A stretch of DNA of 64,000 nucleotides, taken from a virus. The notes under the pieces were generated by a model. The model searched no databases and had not been told where the DNA came from. It saw only the letters and a list, made by a program, of their open reading frames with translations. This document shows, piece by piece, positions 37,719-45,891 of the stretch. The stretch is taken from positions 64,001 through 128,000 of the IMG/VR virus record IMGVR_UViG_3300009103_000004. The stretch is one strand, 5' to 3'. Positions within the stretch are counted from its first letter, which is position 1, and each line of letters begins with the position of its first letter. Made by a program: the position numbers and the translations under genes.

Positions 37719-38027
37719 CTATTTACCTTTCTTTTTGTTGTTTACCCAGTGCAAATAATCCACTGGTCGCATCCCGAGCTCTTTGGCTCTTGCCCTGACT
37801 TCATCTTCATCATAAAGCGTGTAGTCTATTGGACAATCGTCGCTTATGACTGGGTAGTTGTGCAACGTTGTTCTATTTTTATTTTTCTTAGCTTTGGAGC
37901 AACCCTCCAAAAACAATACAAATAGCAAACAAAGCAAAACTGGGAAGAATGTACTGTTACTAGTCATTTTTAATATTGTCGCTATACTTTGGGTAATCAT
38001 CACTGCTATCCGACGTAAACTTTTCAA
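37719..38027 (-). CDS. Putative lipoprotein; start uncertain
   Basis: Hydrophobic stretch ending in LEGC lipobox. Confidence 0.5.
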   Translation of the reverse strand: MKSLRRIAVMITQSIATILKMTSNSTFFPVLLCLLFVLFLEGCSKAKKNKNRTTLHNYPVISDDCPIDYTLYDEDEVRARAKELGMRPVDYLHWVNNKKKGK

Positions 38028-38193
38028 AGTCGTAGTGTTCGTCTAAAAAGTCCTTGGCGTCTGACATAGTATCATCAAAGTGCCGAGTCCTGTCCTCTTG
38101 CGGCGTGTCTTCGTCTGCCTGTATTACCATTTCGTGTAACAGCTCTGCTGCTAATTTTGCCTTCTCCGATTTTTTCATATTTCTTTTTACCAT
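37960..38193 (-). CDS. Hypothetical protein
   Basis: Packed minus-strand ORF. Confidence 0.55.
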   Translation of the reverse strand: MVKRNMKKSEKAKLAAELLHEMVIQADEDTPQEDRTRHFDDTMSDAKDFLDEHYDFEKFTSDSSDDYPKYSDNIKND

Positions 38194-38348
38194 TCAGAGC
38201 CAAAGCGTAGTTACGGGAAGCAACTACACCGGCATCTGAATTTATTTGTTTAATTGTTTTCAAATCCCACATTATTTACGCCTTCCTCCATATAACCAAA
38301 CTAATGCCATGGTAGCTATTGCCACTAAGCAAATTAATCCAAGTACAC

Positions 38349-38606
38349 TCATTGTTTCGGGTGTTCTAGGTTTCTACCCATCATATTGTTTACAAAATAC
38401 AGGGCACCTATATTACCTTCTAGCTCTGACAGTGTTCCACGTAATCTACGTAAAGACTCTCTATCTGCCTCATTCGGGTGTAGTCGGTAATACTCTATTA
38501 GAGCAGACACGTCTCTTATCTCAGCTTCCATATCTCTCAATGCTTCTGCAAAACCATACTTTTTACTTCGTAGCTGTGGGAAGTCAAATTCCATTTGAGT
38601 GCTCAC
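38349..38606 (-). CDS. Hypothetical protein
   Basis: 4-nt overlap with the upstream gene. Confidence 0.55.
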   Translation of the reverse strand: MSTQMEFDFPQLRSKKYGFAEALRDMEAEIRDVSALIEYYRLHPNEADRESLRRLRGTLSELEGNIGALYFVNNMMGRNLEHPKQ

Positions 38607-39220
38607 GGAGTCTTATTTGTTTTATGCTCAAGAGTAGGTAATGTCGTAGAGTTTTTCCTGTCATGAGCTTCTATATCGCGCTCAAGCTGCTCTATCAGTT
38701 CAGCTTCATCCCTATACAGCAGTTCCTCTTGTTTACTCTCTAGAGTATGATCAACTTCCTGTATTAGCACAGCTCGTAGCAAATCAGCCTCTACCACGTT
38801 TCCAGCTTCTATAGCATCATGGAAAAGCTCTGTAAACATTTGCGTAGCATCCCTATGTATGTTTGGAGTACGAGGTGTTTTAGTTCCATCTACGGGCCCC
38901 CACTGACTTATTGCAGCGTGATAGCCGTCAGAGTAAGAATCCATGGTACCCCCATGAAGAAACGATATCCCCATCTGGGTTTTGCCAGCTTCAAAACCAC
39001 GCTGATAACCTCGTTGGTCAGCCTCGTAAGCCTCATTGGTCTTAATGCGTAACTCACTGAATAAATCTGATATCTGAGCATCTTGAATAGTACTCTCTAC
39101 GTCAAACGTCTTTACCAAAAAGTTCAGACGTTCTATCTCATCCTTATGACCAACTAAAAAATACCCGCCTACGCAGATAATGTTTAAGATTGTCAGTACC
39201 CATATTGTGTTTTGTTTCAT
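38603..39220 (-). CDS. Membrane-anchored hypothetical protein
   Basis: N-terminal hydrophobic segment; GYQRGFEAG. Confidence 0.65.
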   Translation of the reverse strand: MKQNTIWVLTILNIICVGGYFLVGHKDEIERLNFLVKTFDVESTIQDAQISDLFSELRIKTNEAYEADQRGYQRGFEAGKTQMGISFLHGGTMDSYSDGYHAAISQWGPVDGTKTPRTPNIHRDATQMFTELFHDAIEAGNVVEADLLRAVLIQEVDHTLESKQEELLYRDEAELIEQLERDIEAHDRKNSTTLPTLEHKTNKTP

Positions 39221-39225
39221 TGTAT

Positions 39226-39750
39226 TTAGTGAATGTGAAAAGCCCCTAAACGTAGGAAGCTTATGAATTTACGTATGTAGTCTTTACTCTCTTTCCCTGA
39301 AAACTCAATAGCCAACGCATGTTGAGCACCTGAAATTACTCCAGATCTATGTTTTTTATACTTCTCGTTATCTTTACCCAAACTAACAGAACCATCTTTG
39401 TTGGCCCCGGGTATTGGGACCTCAAAATCCGGTATATCATCTAGGGCGTCTTCCAAAGCCTTTGCCATATTACTGGCATCTTTCTCAGTTACAACCTGTC
39501 CGCTGTTACTGTCATAGTGACCATCCCAGTCTACAACCTCCTTACAATGTATGGCGTAATCCTCATCTGATATGTCATGCTCCTTAGCCTCTTCTTCAGA
39601 CATCGCCAATACCTCTGTTCCTAATGGTTTCCAACCATACTTTGCTGCCAGCACTAAAATAGGTGACCACCCCCATATGTTCCAACGGAAGTAGTTATCA
39701 TCCTCTTTATCTGACTTAGACTCATCTACTGTATATAGGTCATACCCCAT
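39226..39750 (-). CDS. Hypothetical protein
   Basis: Likely start MGYDL; YFRWNIWGW and Y.SN.GQ.V...DA segments. Confidence 0.7.
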   Translation of the reverse strand: MGYDLYTVDESKSDKEDDNYFRWNIWGWSPILVLAAKYGWKPLGTEVLAMSEEEAKEHDISDEDYAIHCKEVVDWDGHYDSNSGQVVTEKDASNMAKALEDALDDIPDFEVPIPGANKDGSVSLGKDNEKYKKHRSGVISGAQHALAIEFSGKESKDYIRKFISFLRLGAFHIH

Positions 39751-39826
39751 ATTATGCAATTTCTCCTTCTTATGTGTTATGTGTTTATGAAGAACAATAT
39801 ATCTACTAACTAAAAACAACAAAACT

Positions 39827-40315
39827 ATGAAAACTATAAATATAATATTCTTCTCTTTGTTTCTTATAACAAACGCTTTGGTGGCAAAACCAACAACCTT
39901 TCTGACAGAGATAAACGATCACGCAAGTGAACCGGATCTCAGAAAGAAAATCGTTGGATACCGCGACTTAGGCGTGTCTGGTAATAATCGTTGTTTCTTG
40001 ATAGCAACAAGCATTTCCGGATGGACCGCCTCAAAGGCACACCTCGCCATGGGCGTAAATCACCTACTCTTCGAGAAGGTTGAATTACGTCTCGTAAATG
40101 GTAAATGGACCGTGCACAAACGGTGGTTCCACCCGGTAGTAAAGGGCCGTAAGACGCCTTATCTAAACTCTTCAATTTGGTACGCCGACCTCACCGAGCA
40201 TAACACCCTGAAGTTCAGGGATGATGCGAGGAAGTTGGTAACCGATTGGATGGACTATTTAAGGTTAGTCTACAACCCGATGCTAATTGCAATTGAAACA
40301 AGCAACGTAATATAA
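39827..40315 (+). CDS. Hypothetical protein with signal peptide
   Basis: MKTINIIFFSLFLITNALVA. Confidence 0.65.
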   Translation: MKTINIIFFSLFLITNALVAKPTTFLTEINDHASEPDLRKKIVGYRDLGVSGNNRCFLIATSISGWTASKAHLAMGVNHLLFEKVELRLVNGKWTVHKRWFHPVVKGRKTPYLNSSIWYADLTEHNTLKFRDDARKLVTDWMDYLRLVYNPMLIAIETSNVI

Positions 40316-40528
40316 CCATGGACATATTCGAAACAAAACCGTGGCATAGCTTCCAATGGCATGATCATTTGTGGCTGCTAATACCAGCCATAATATTATT
40401 AATGCCGTGGTGGGCGCCAAAGCTAAGCGACTTAATCTACTGGCTTAAAAACCGGAAGAGCTAGTCGCCAAACAAAGAGAAGGTCCTGAAAGGGGGTAAA
40501 CAAATACACCTTCTCTTTTACCTAACAA

Positions 40529-40873
40529 CTAAGATTTTGATATGTTCTTGTTAAACTTAAGTAGCCCCGAATCAGTGATTACCTTGTCCACTACGAGAGT
40601 CATGGTACTAAGTATGTCACCTTGTGCCTCTTGCTGCTTATCATTAATGTCAGCTTGAGCGCTAACAAAATTACTCATTGCAAGAGTTCCGATACCCAGC
40701 TCCTTGACTACAGTAGTCAGGGATTTGTTTAGGGTATCCATTTTTTTATCTATCTGCTCACTCAGCTGAACTTGACGCTCCATCAACTGGATCATCTGTT
40801 CCATCATCTGAGTGGGTCCCACTGTCTGTGGGTAGTTTATTACGTTCCCCGATTCGTCTGTTATTATTTCCAT
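40529..40873 (-). CDS. Hypothetical coiled-coil protein
   Basis: Heptad-like 114-aa ORF. Confidence 0.55.
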   Translation of the reverse strand: MEIITDESGNVINYPQTVGPTQMMEQMIQLMERQVQLSEQIDKKMDTLNKSLTTVVKELGIGTLAMSNFVSAQADINDKQQEAQGDILSTMTLVVDKVITDSGLLKFNKNISKS

Positions 40874-40997
40874 CTTCTTCTAGTATTGTTATTAATTTAT
40901 CTAACCTGTCACTAATAGAATCTAGTGACTGTACCAATCTAGGTAGCGTTCCCTCGTAGAACTGAACGCCCCTGCTTGTTTCGTGGAATTGAATCAT
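40758..40997 (-). CDS. Hypothetical protein
   Basis: FHET..G..FYEGTLP.L N-terminus; overlaps the next gene. Confidence 0.55.
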   Translation of the reverse strand: MIQFHETSRGVQFYEGTLPRLVQSLDSISDRLDKLITILEEDGNNNRRIGERNKLPTDSGTHSDDGTDDPVDGASSSAE

Positions 40998-41003
40998 AAA
41001 AAA

Positions 41004-41074
41004 TGGTGGAGGTGGGCAGATTCGAACTGCCGTACCATTATCGCACGGACAATGGTCGAAACCGATTCACCCCC
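41004..41074 (-). ncRNA. Mini-tmRNA (tRNA-like domain only, 71 nt)
   Basis: GGGGGTG AATCGGTTTCGA CCATTGTC-CGTGC-GATAATGG TAC GGCAG-TTCGAAT-CTGCC CACCTCC ACCA; G3.U70 pair, stemless D loop, T arm, CCA. Confidence 0.8.
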
Positions 41075-41442
41075 ACAATGTTAATAAGTTTAGCTCTTGT
41101 ACGCCTAGCGTCCTCAAGCGCCCTGTTATAAGTTAGGCGTTTCTTACCAAGTTTCCAAACCCAACCTGTTGGGTGTTGCAAGTATGTTGCGCCATTCTCC
41201 CGAAATGTCCCTGCCCAAAACGGGAGGACAAAACATTTGGATAAGGATACCACCTCTTTGTGGTCTTCATACTTTCTCTTAAACCTAAGCTCTGGTGCCT
41301 TACAGGTACCGTCAGCTAGAAACTCTATAATCTCAACACCTAAGTCTACTCTTGGGTAATCACGTAGCTGCACGTGCCTGTACCTGCTTCCCACCGCTAA
41401 TGATCTAGTCCCATCTACAATATTAATTATTTTATCATGCAT
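41038..41442 (-). CDS. Hypothetical protein
   Basis: Downstream of promoter motif 41494-41503; 3' end overlaps the mini-tmRNA. Confidence 0.55.
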   Translation of the reverse strand: MHDKIINIVDGTRSLAVGSRYRHVQLRDYPRVDLGVEIIEFLADGTCKAPELRFKRKYEDHKEVVSLSKCFVLPFWAGTFRENGATYLQHPTGWVWKLGKKRLTYNRALEDARRTRAKLINIVGVNRFRPLSVR

Positions 41443-41571
41443 CTTGTCCTTGTCTGATAGTTATACATATATGTAGGATAATCCCTACAATTATATATAA
41501 CACAAGATGCTAATTAGTTCTACTGATTAATAGGTAAAAAAAATTATTTAAATTGGGACTAGGGCCCCCTT

Positions 41572-42186
41572 CTATTCATATCCCTTAAAATCTGCAGGAG
41601 ATAGTTTTCTTACAAGTTCCTTACCAGTAACCTTGTCCAAGTAAGTAACATTTGGAAAGCTTCCGGGTCCGAATGCATTGGATGATGTGGGTGTATGGCC
41701 CTCATCAACTAGCTTCAAAAAAGTTTTTCTAGCAGGGCCTTCGACATAAGTATTCGCAAAATCCTTCTGCCATTCGCCAAAATGCTTTCTACTCATAACG
41801 CCGGTCGCAACATTACCATATGACTTACCAAGCATTGGACCGCGCATTGCTGCTTTGGGGTCTTTTAAGTAGTCATCATAGGTGCTAAAAAATTTTCTCA
41901 TCCCACTAGGATTAAGTCTCTTAGCCTCGTTATACCAAGGGTTAACAGGCTGTTCTTTGCTAACATTCCCTAGAGAGAGCGGTTTCTTTGGCATTTGCCC
42001 AACCTTAGGAACAGATCTCCTAACATTAGGAACAGGTCTTACAATAGCAGAAGATTCTGGATGTTTAAATGATTTTGGTATTGGAGGAGGAGCTACAGCT
42101 CGTGGCTTTAACTTGGGGCGTACCTTGGGCTTTATTCTGGGAACAGCTTCCTTAACCAGCCAATACTTTTCCTTGTTGGTCATCAA
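41572..42186 (-). CDS. NKEKY-leader family protein
   Basis: MTNKEKYWLVKEA then VPRIKPKVRP. Confidence 0.75.
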   Translation of the reverse strand: MMTNKEKYWLVKEAVPRIKPKVRPKLKPRAVAPPPIPKSFKHPESSAIVRPVPNVRRSVPKVGQMPKKPLSLGNVSKEQPVNPWYNEAKRLNPSGMRKFFSTYDDYLKDPKAAMRGPMLGKSYGNVATGVMSRKHFGEWQKDFANTYVEGPARKTFLKLVDEGHTPTSSNAFGPGSFPNVTYLDKVTGKELVRKLSPADFKGYE

Positions 42187-42608
42187 CCACCTGTGTAATG
42201 CGGAAATTGATTTCCAAGAAGTTTCTTTAGTTTCTCACTCTGAGCAGATGAGTCTAAAGTTCCCCAAGACCCAGTACCATATCTTTTATTGTAGCTATCT
42301 ATTGCAGAACGACCAGCAGCGTTGGCTCTATCCTGCTGCCACTTAGCTCTCCCGGTAAGTGGAGGAGGAGCGGGAGCTGGGATCGACACGTTTACTGGAG
42401 GAACTGGAGGAGGAGATCCAACTGGTGGTTTTTTAGAAACATTACCGGGATTGTGTGGTACAGTTGGCTTAACTACCTTTCCCTTGGCGGGTGGTGCTAT
42501 TTGAGCTCCACTGGCAGAATCAAATGTCCCATACGAATCAGAGTATGATCCAGACGTTGAGTTAGACTCAGCTAACTTTACTAAAAAATATTTCTCTTTA
42601 TTGTTCAT
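42183..42608 (-). CDS. NKEKY-leader family protein
   Basis: MNNKEKYFLVKLA. Confidence 0.75.
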   Translation of the reverse strand: MNNKEKYFLVKLAESNSTSGSYSDSYGTFDSASGAQIAPPAKGKVVKPTVPHNPGNVSKKPPVGSPPPVPPVNVSIPAPAPPPLTGRAKWQQDRANAAGRSAIDSYNKRYGTGSWGTLDSSAQSEKLKKLLGNQFPHYTGG

Positions 42609-42618
42609 AGTTATTTGT

Positions 42619-42927
42619 TCATTTCAGACCGCCAGAAGCAGCTAATATCCCGGCCAAGGCAGCAGGTATCATAGCAGCTTGGTAGGGGTTCATTTGAAAT
42701 GGGTTTACGTATTCCCACCAGTTATCTCGTTTTCGCGTAGTAAAGAATCCATCTTCTCCCCGTTGTCTGATGTCTCTAACTTCCTTCTTATATTCTGACA
42801 TTGGCTCGCAATACGTACCATCTTCCTTTTCAACACACCAACGTTCAGGAACTTCTCTCTTGGGATCTGGTTCCTGAATCCCAAAAAAAGCTTCCTTAAC
42901 CAGCCAATATTTCTCTTTGTTGTTCAT
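42619..42927 (-). CDS. NKEKY-leader family protein
   Basis: MNNKEKYWLVKEA. Confidence 0.75.
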   Translation of the reverse strand: MNNKEKYWLVKEAFFGIQEPDPKREVPERWCVEKEDGTYCEPMSEYKKEVRDIRQRGEDGFFTTRKRDNWWEYVNPFQMNPYQAAMIPAALAGILAASGGLK

Positions 42928-42929
42928 GG

Positions 42930-43271
42930 TTACTCCTTTCCTTCCTCAGAATTAAGATATTCTAAATTAGCTATATCCTGTTCTGTAAGTTCTTCGCCTC
43001 TCTTTTTCTTAGCCTCTAGGTCTTTCTTTTGTTTTTTTGCTCTTCCGCCTAAAGGTCCCGTAGTATGAAGGGGAGCATAAGCACCTATTGACGCGCCAGG
43101 CATAAAAAGAGACATTAAAGTAGCGTAAGCCCGAACCTTATCCTTATTAAAAGGCTTGGCATTAGGTCCACGCATTCTAGCTACCAAGCCGGGGTGTTTG
43201 ATGCCACGCTCTTCCCAGGATTTATATTCCTTTGCAGTTTTGAATAGAAAATATTTCTCTTTGTTACTCAT
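42930..43271 (-). CDS. NKEKY-leader family protein
   Basis: MSNKEKYFLFKTA. Confidence 0.75.
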   Translation of the reverse strand: MSNKEKYFLFKTAKEYKSWEERGIKHPGLVARMRGPNAKPFNKDKVRAYATLMSLFMPGASIGAYAPLHTTGPLGGRAKKQKKDLEAKKKRGEELTEQDIANLEYLNSEEGKE

Positions 43272-43274
43272 CAG

Positions 43275-43820
43275 TTACATTATAGACGCTCGAAAAGCTT
43301 TCAACTTCTCGTTCGCAGTTTGCTCTCGTATCCATTCAAGATTCTTTCTCCGATGCTCTATATACTCTCTTCTCTCTTCTTCAGTAGGTGGCTCGTGTCC
43401 ACGTCGTGCCCTCCAGTCATCAAGATCCTTGGTTTCAGAAATATTCTTTTCGTAAACCTCCAACAATCTACCCAAATCCTTCCTATCAAAACTAGGTGCG
43501 CCTACCCTTCCTTCCAAGAAATCATCTGGCGAATTATGAGTACCCTCAATCATACGATCCTCTAAAAGACGATTGACCAATTCTTTGTCGGTCTCCCCCC
43601 AAAACTTATACCAAGGCCGATCTTCCCCATGCATCATCTCATGCACCAAAGGACCTTCAGTCCCCTTATCCCCCAGCCATCCTGTTACGTTATACTTGTC
43701 AGCAGCATCTCCACCCTCAGTTAATCGAATGTCATCAGGAGTGAGCTCTCTATCGTATCCGGCAATACCCAAGCCCATACCAGCTAACTTAACCAAATAA
43801 TATTTCTCTTTGTTATTCAT
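43275..43820 (-). CDS. NKEKY-leader family protein
   Basis: MNNKEKYYLVKLA. Confidence 0.75.
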   Translation of the reverse strand: MNNKEKYYLVKLAGMGLGIAGYDRELTPDDIRLTEGGDAADKYNVTGWLGDKGTEGPLVHEMMHGEDRPWYKFWGETDKELVNRLLEDRMIEGTHNSPDDFLEGRVGAPSFDRKDLGRLLEVYEKNISETKDLDDWRARRGHEPPTEEERREYIEHRRKNLEWIREQTANEKLKAFRASIM

Positions 43821-44007
43821 TTTCTATTTTAATTAAAAAACAACCTATGTTCTTACTTAGCTGTGTAACTCGTTCCAGAGCTTCTTCTTTTTTCTTACCC
43901 CGCATTTTTTTAGCTTCCTCATAAAGGTCCAGTATAAAGTCATTAGTTATCTTATGTTTAACCACGCCAACTACTTTATCTTCCTTACTCAAGGTGACTG
44001 ATTCCAT
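43813..44007 (-). CDS. Hypothetical protein without the leader
   Basis: 64 aa, coupled to both neighbours. Confidence 0.55.
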   Translation of the reverse strand: MESVTLSKEDKVVGVVKHKITNDFILDLYEEAKKMRGKKKEEALERVTQLSKNIGCFLIKIENE

Positions 44008-44735
44008 TAAGGGTTATACTTACTAGAGGTACTAGGAGAATATATATCCCTAAGCGCACCAGACATAGGACCCTCTTCAGCCCAGCCTCGTTGGAACTCA
44101 AGGTCGTCAAGGTCGTCATAAACAGAACCAGGTCTTTTATTGCTCCTAGCCCAGGGAGGTGCGTCGTCGGATATGCCAGTCGGACGTTTACCACTTAGAG
44201 ACCTCTGATAATCTGCCCATCCTGGAGACATAGCAGTCGGTATGGGGTCGCCGGGCTTCCAGAGAGGTGGAGGGTCTTTGGGGAATACGGGTTTTTTGGG
44301 AGTCCGCTTAGTCTTAGGAGCACCAGTTATAGGACTAGTTCCTTTACTTCCTCCTGAAGGAGGACTTTTCCAAGTCGCCTGTGGGGTTCCAAATCTTTTA
44401 AGTTCCGTTTCATTCGGAAACCATTTTCTCATAAATAGCTCTCTTTGTTGTTCGAGAGGCGAATTTCCGCGTAATTCTCTATCGAGAGACTTCGGCTTAG
44501 CTGTCACCTCTTTTTGTTTACCAGTTATAGGACTAGTTCCTTTACTTCCTCCTGAAGGATTTGTAACGGCTGCTGTTTGCTTGCCTGATGGTGGCTTGGA
44601 CTTAATAGGAAATACGTCTGTGTCCCTTGGGACTTGTATCGGCTTAGCTAAAACCTTGCTAGGCTTGGGCCTAACCTTAGGTCTAATCTTAGGTATAGCG
44701 TACTTAACCAAATAATATTTCTCTTTGTTGTTCAT
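44007..44735 (-). CDS. NKEKY-leader family protein, Pro/Lys-rich
   Basis: MNNKEKYYLVKYA then IPKIRPKVRP; TAAVTNPS. Confidence 0.75.
   Translation of the reverse strand: MNNKEKYYLVKYAIPKIRPKVRPKPSKVLAKPIQVPRDTDVFPIKSKPPSGKQTAAVTNPSGGSKGTSPITGKQKEVTAKPKSLDRELRGNSPLEQQRELFMRKWFPNETELKRFGTPQATWKSPPSGGSKGTSPITGAPKTKRTPKKPVFPKDPPPLWKPGDPIPTAMSPGWADYQRSLSGKRPTGISDDAPPWARSNKRPGSVYDDLDDLEFQRGWAEEGPMSGALRDIYSPSTSSKYNP
44322..44559. repeat. 40-bp direct repeat pair (44322-44361 and 44520-44559)
   Basis: ACCAGTTATAGGACTAGTTCCTTTACTTCCTCCTGAAGGA twice, encoding PSGGSKGTSPITG. Confidence 0.9.
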
Positions 44736-45349
44736 TTCCTTGGGGTCATGTTATAGCCTGTTATTTCTTCTTTGTTAGTGGTAAGATTCGTGTTAATTGG
44801 AGTCCCAGTTGCGTAAGTTCTCGTAGGAGCATTTCCAGTCATGGCAAAAGAACCTAACGCTTGTTGCCAAGGACTCTGCGCAGTACCTGGTTGGTTTGTA
44901 GTAATCTGATCCTTAGTTATATTGCCGTTCTGCATCACTGTCTCAGCACTAACATGTTCCCCGAACTGCTTGGCTTGATTGTTCATGCCTGGTGTAGGAT
45001 TAGCAGATATTCTATCTCCCATAGTGTTCATGTCTGAGCCATATAAAGAAGTGGTAGCTTTGTTTTGCGCCCAAGTCTTGGCTCCTTGTGGTGCAAAACT
45101 ATTCCACATGGTGCCCGCCATACCTACCAGTGGCTGGGCAACCGTATTGAACATAGCGCCAGCTTGCTGTCCAGCTTGCCCAGCTTGCTGTAATACGTTA
45201 GTTGGTTTTTCACTCATTACTCCTGCGGGAGGTCCTGAGAAAGCTGCACCTATCGAGCCTGCAGGATGTTTGAAAAAGTCTCCTACAGAATAGTTCTGTT
45301 GGTTGGCTAACTTAGTTAAATATAATTTTTCTTTGTTGTTCATATTCAT
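44732..45349 (-). CDS. NKEKY-leader family protein, Q/A/G/T-rich
   Basis: MNNKEKLYLTKLA. Confidence 0.75.
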   Translation of the reverse strand: MNMNNKEKLYLTKLANQQNYSVGDFFKHPAGSIGAAFSGPPAGVMSEKPTNVLQQAGQAGQQAGAMFNTVAQPLVGMAGTMWNSFAPQGAKTWAQNKATTSLYGSDMNTMGDRISANPTPGMNNQAKQFGEHVSAETVMQNGNITKDQITTNQPGTAQSPWQQALGSFAMTGNAPTRTYATGTPINTNLTTNKEEITGYNMTPRK

Positions 45350-45891
45350 CGAGTACTGTTTTGATCCAAAGCACGAGAGTTAGGAAATGATCTAGAATCC
45401 AGTTGACTTCCTACTACACCGCCAGCACCCATAGCAGCAGGAACAGCAAGAACAGAAGCGGGGATGCCGCCCTTTTGAGCTGCCTGTCCTGACAAACCTC
45501 CGCCAGATGGGTTAAACTTTAGCTCATCAACTACAGAACGAGGTATTACAGGAGCAGTTGTATCCATTTTCTTAGGTGCCTGCAGTTTAGGTCTGGGGGT
45601 TGAAGGCGAAGCTGCTGGCGGAGCTGCTGCTGGAGCTGGCCTCTTAGGCATGGGCATAACGTTTGGTGTCTCTCCCTTTGAAGGATTTGTAGCAGCTCCT
45701 GGTCTCCTACCACTAGAACGAAGATGTTCAAACGAATCTTTGTTCTCACGTACGCGTTTAAGATAATGCTCTAAATGAAGATCTCTATGACCAAAGCGTG
45801 GGTCAGCCTTAGGCCTTGGGCGAGGATTTGGCCTAACCTTTAACCTAGGAACAGCTTCCTTAACTAAAAAATATTTCTCCTTATTATTCAT
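45346..45891 (-). CDS. NKEKY-leader family protein
   Basis: MNNKEKYFLVKEA then VPRLKVRPNPRP; GAATNPS. Confidence 0.75.
   Translation of the reverse strand: MNNKEKYFLVKEAVPRLKVRPNPRPRPKADPRFGHRDLHLEHYLKRVRENKDSFEHLRSSGRRPGAATNPSKGETPNVMPMPKRPAPAAAPPAASPSTPRPKLQAPKKMDTTAPVIPRSVVDELKFNPSGGGLSGQAAQKGGIPASVLAVPAAMGAGGVVGSQLDSRSFPNSRALDQNSTR

Noticed and set aside
41004-41074. Ordinary tRNA-Ala, permuted two-piece tmRNA, or att-site remnant
   Set aside because: No D stem or 7-nt anticodon loop; the ends are in standard order; both ends are present and joined by a paired helix; no integrase nearby
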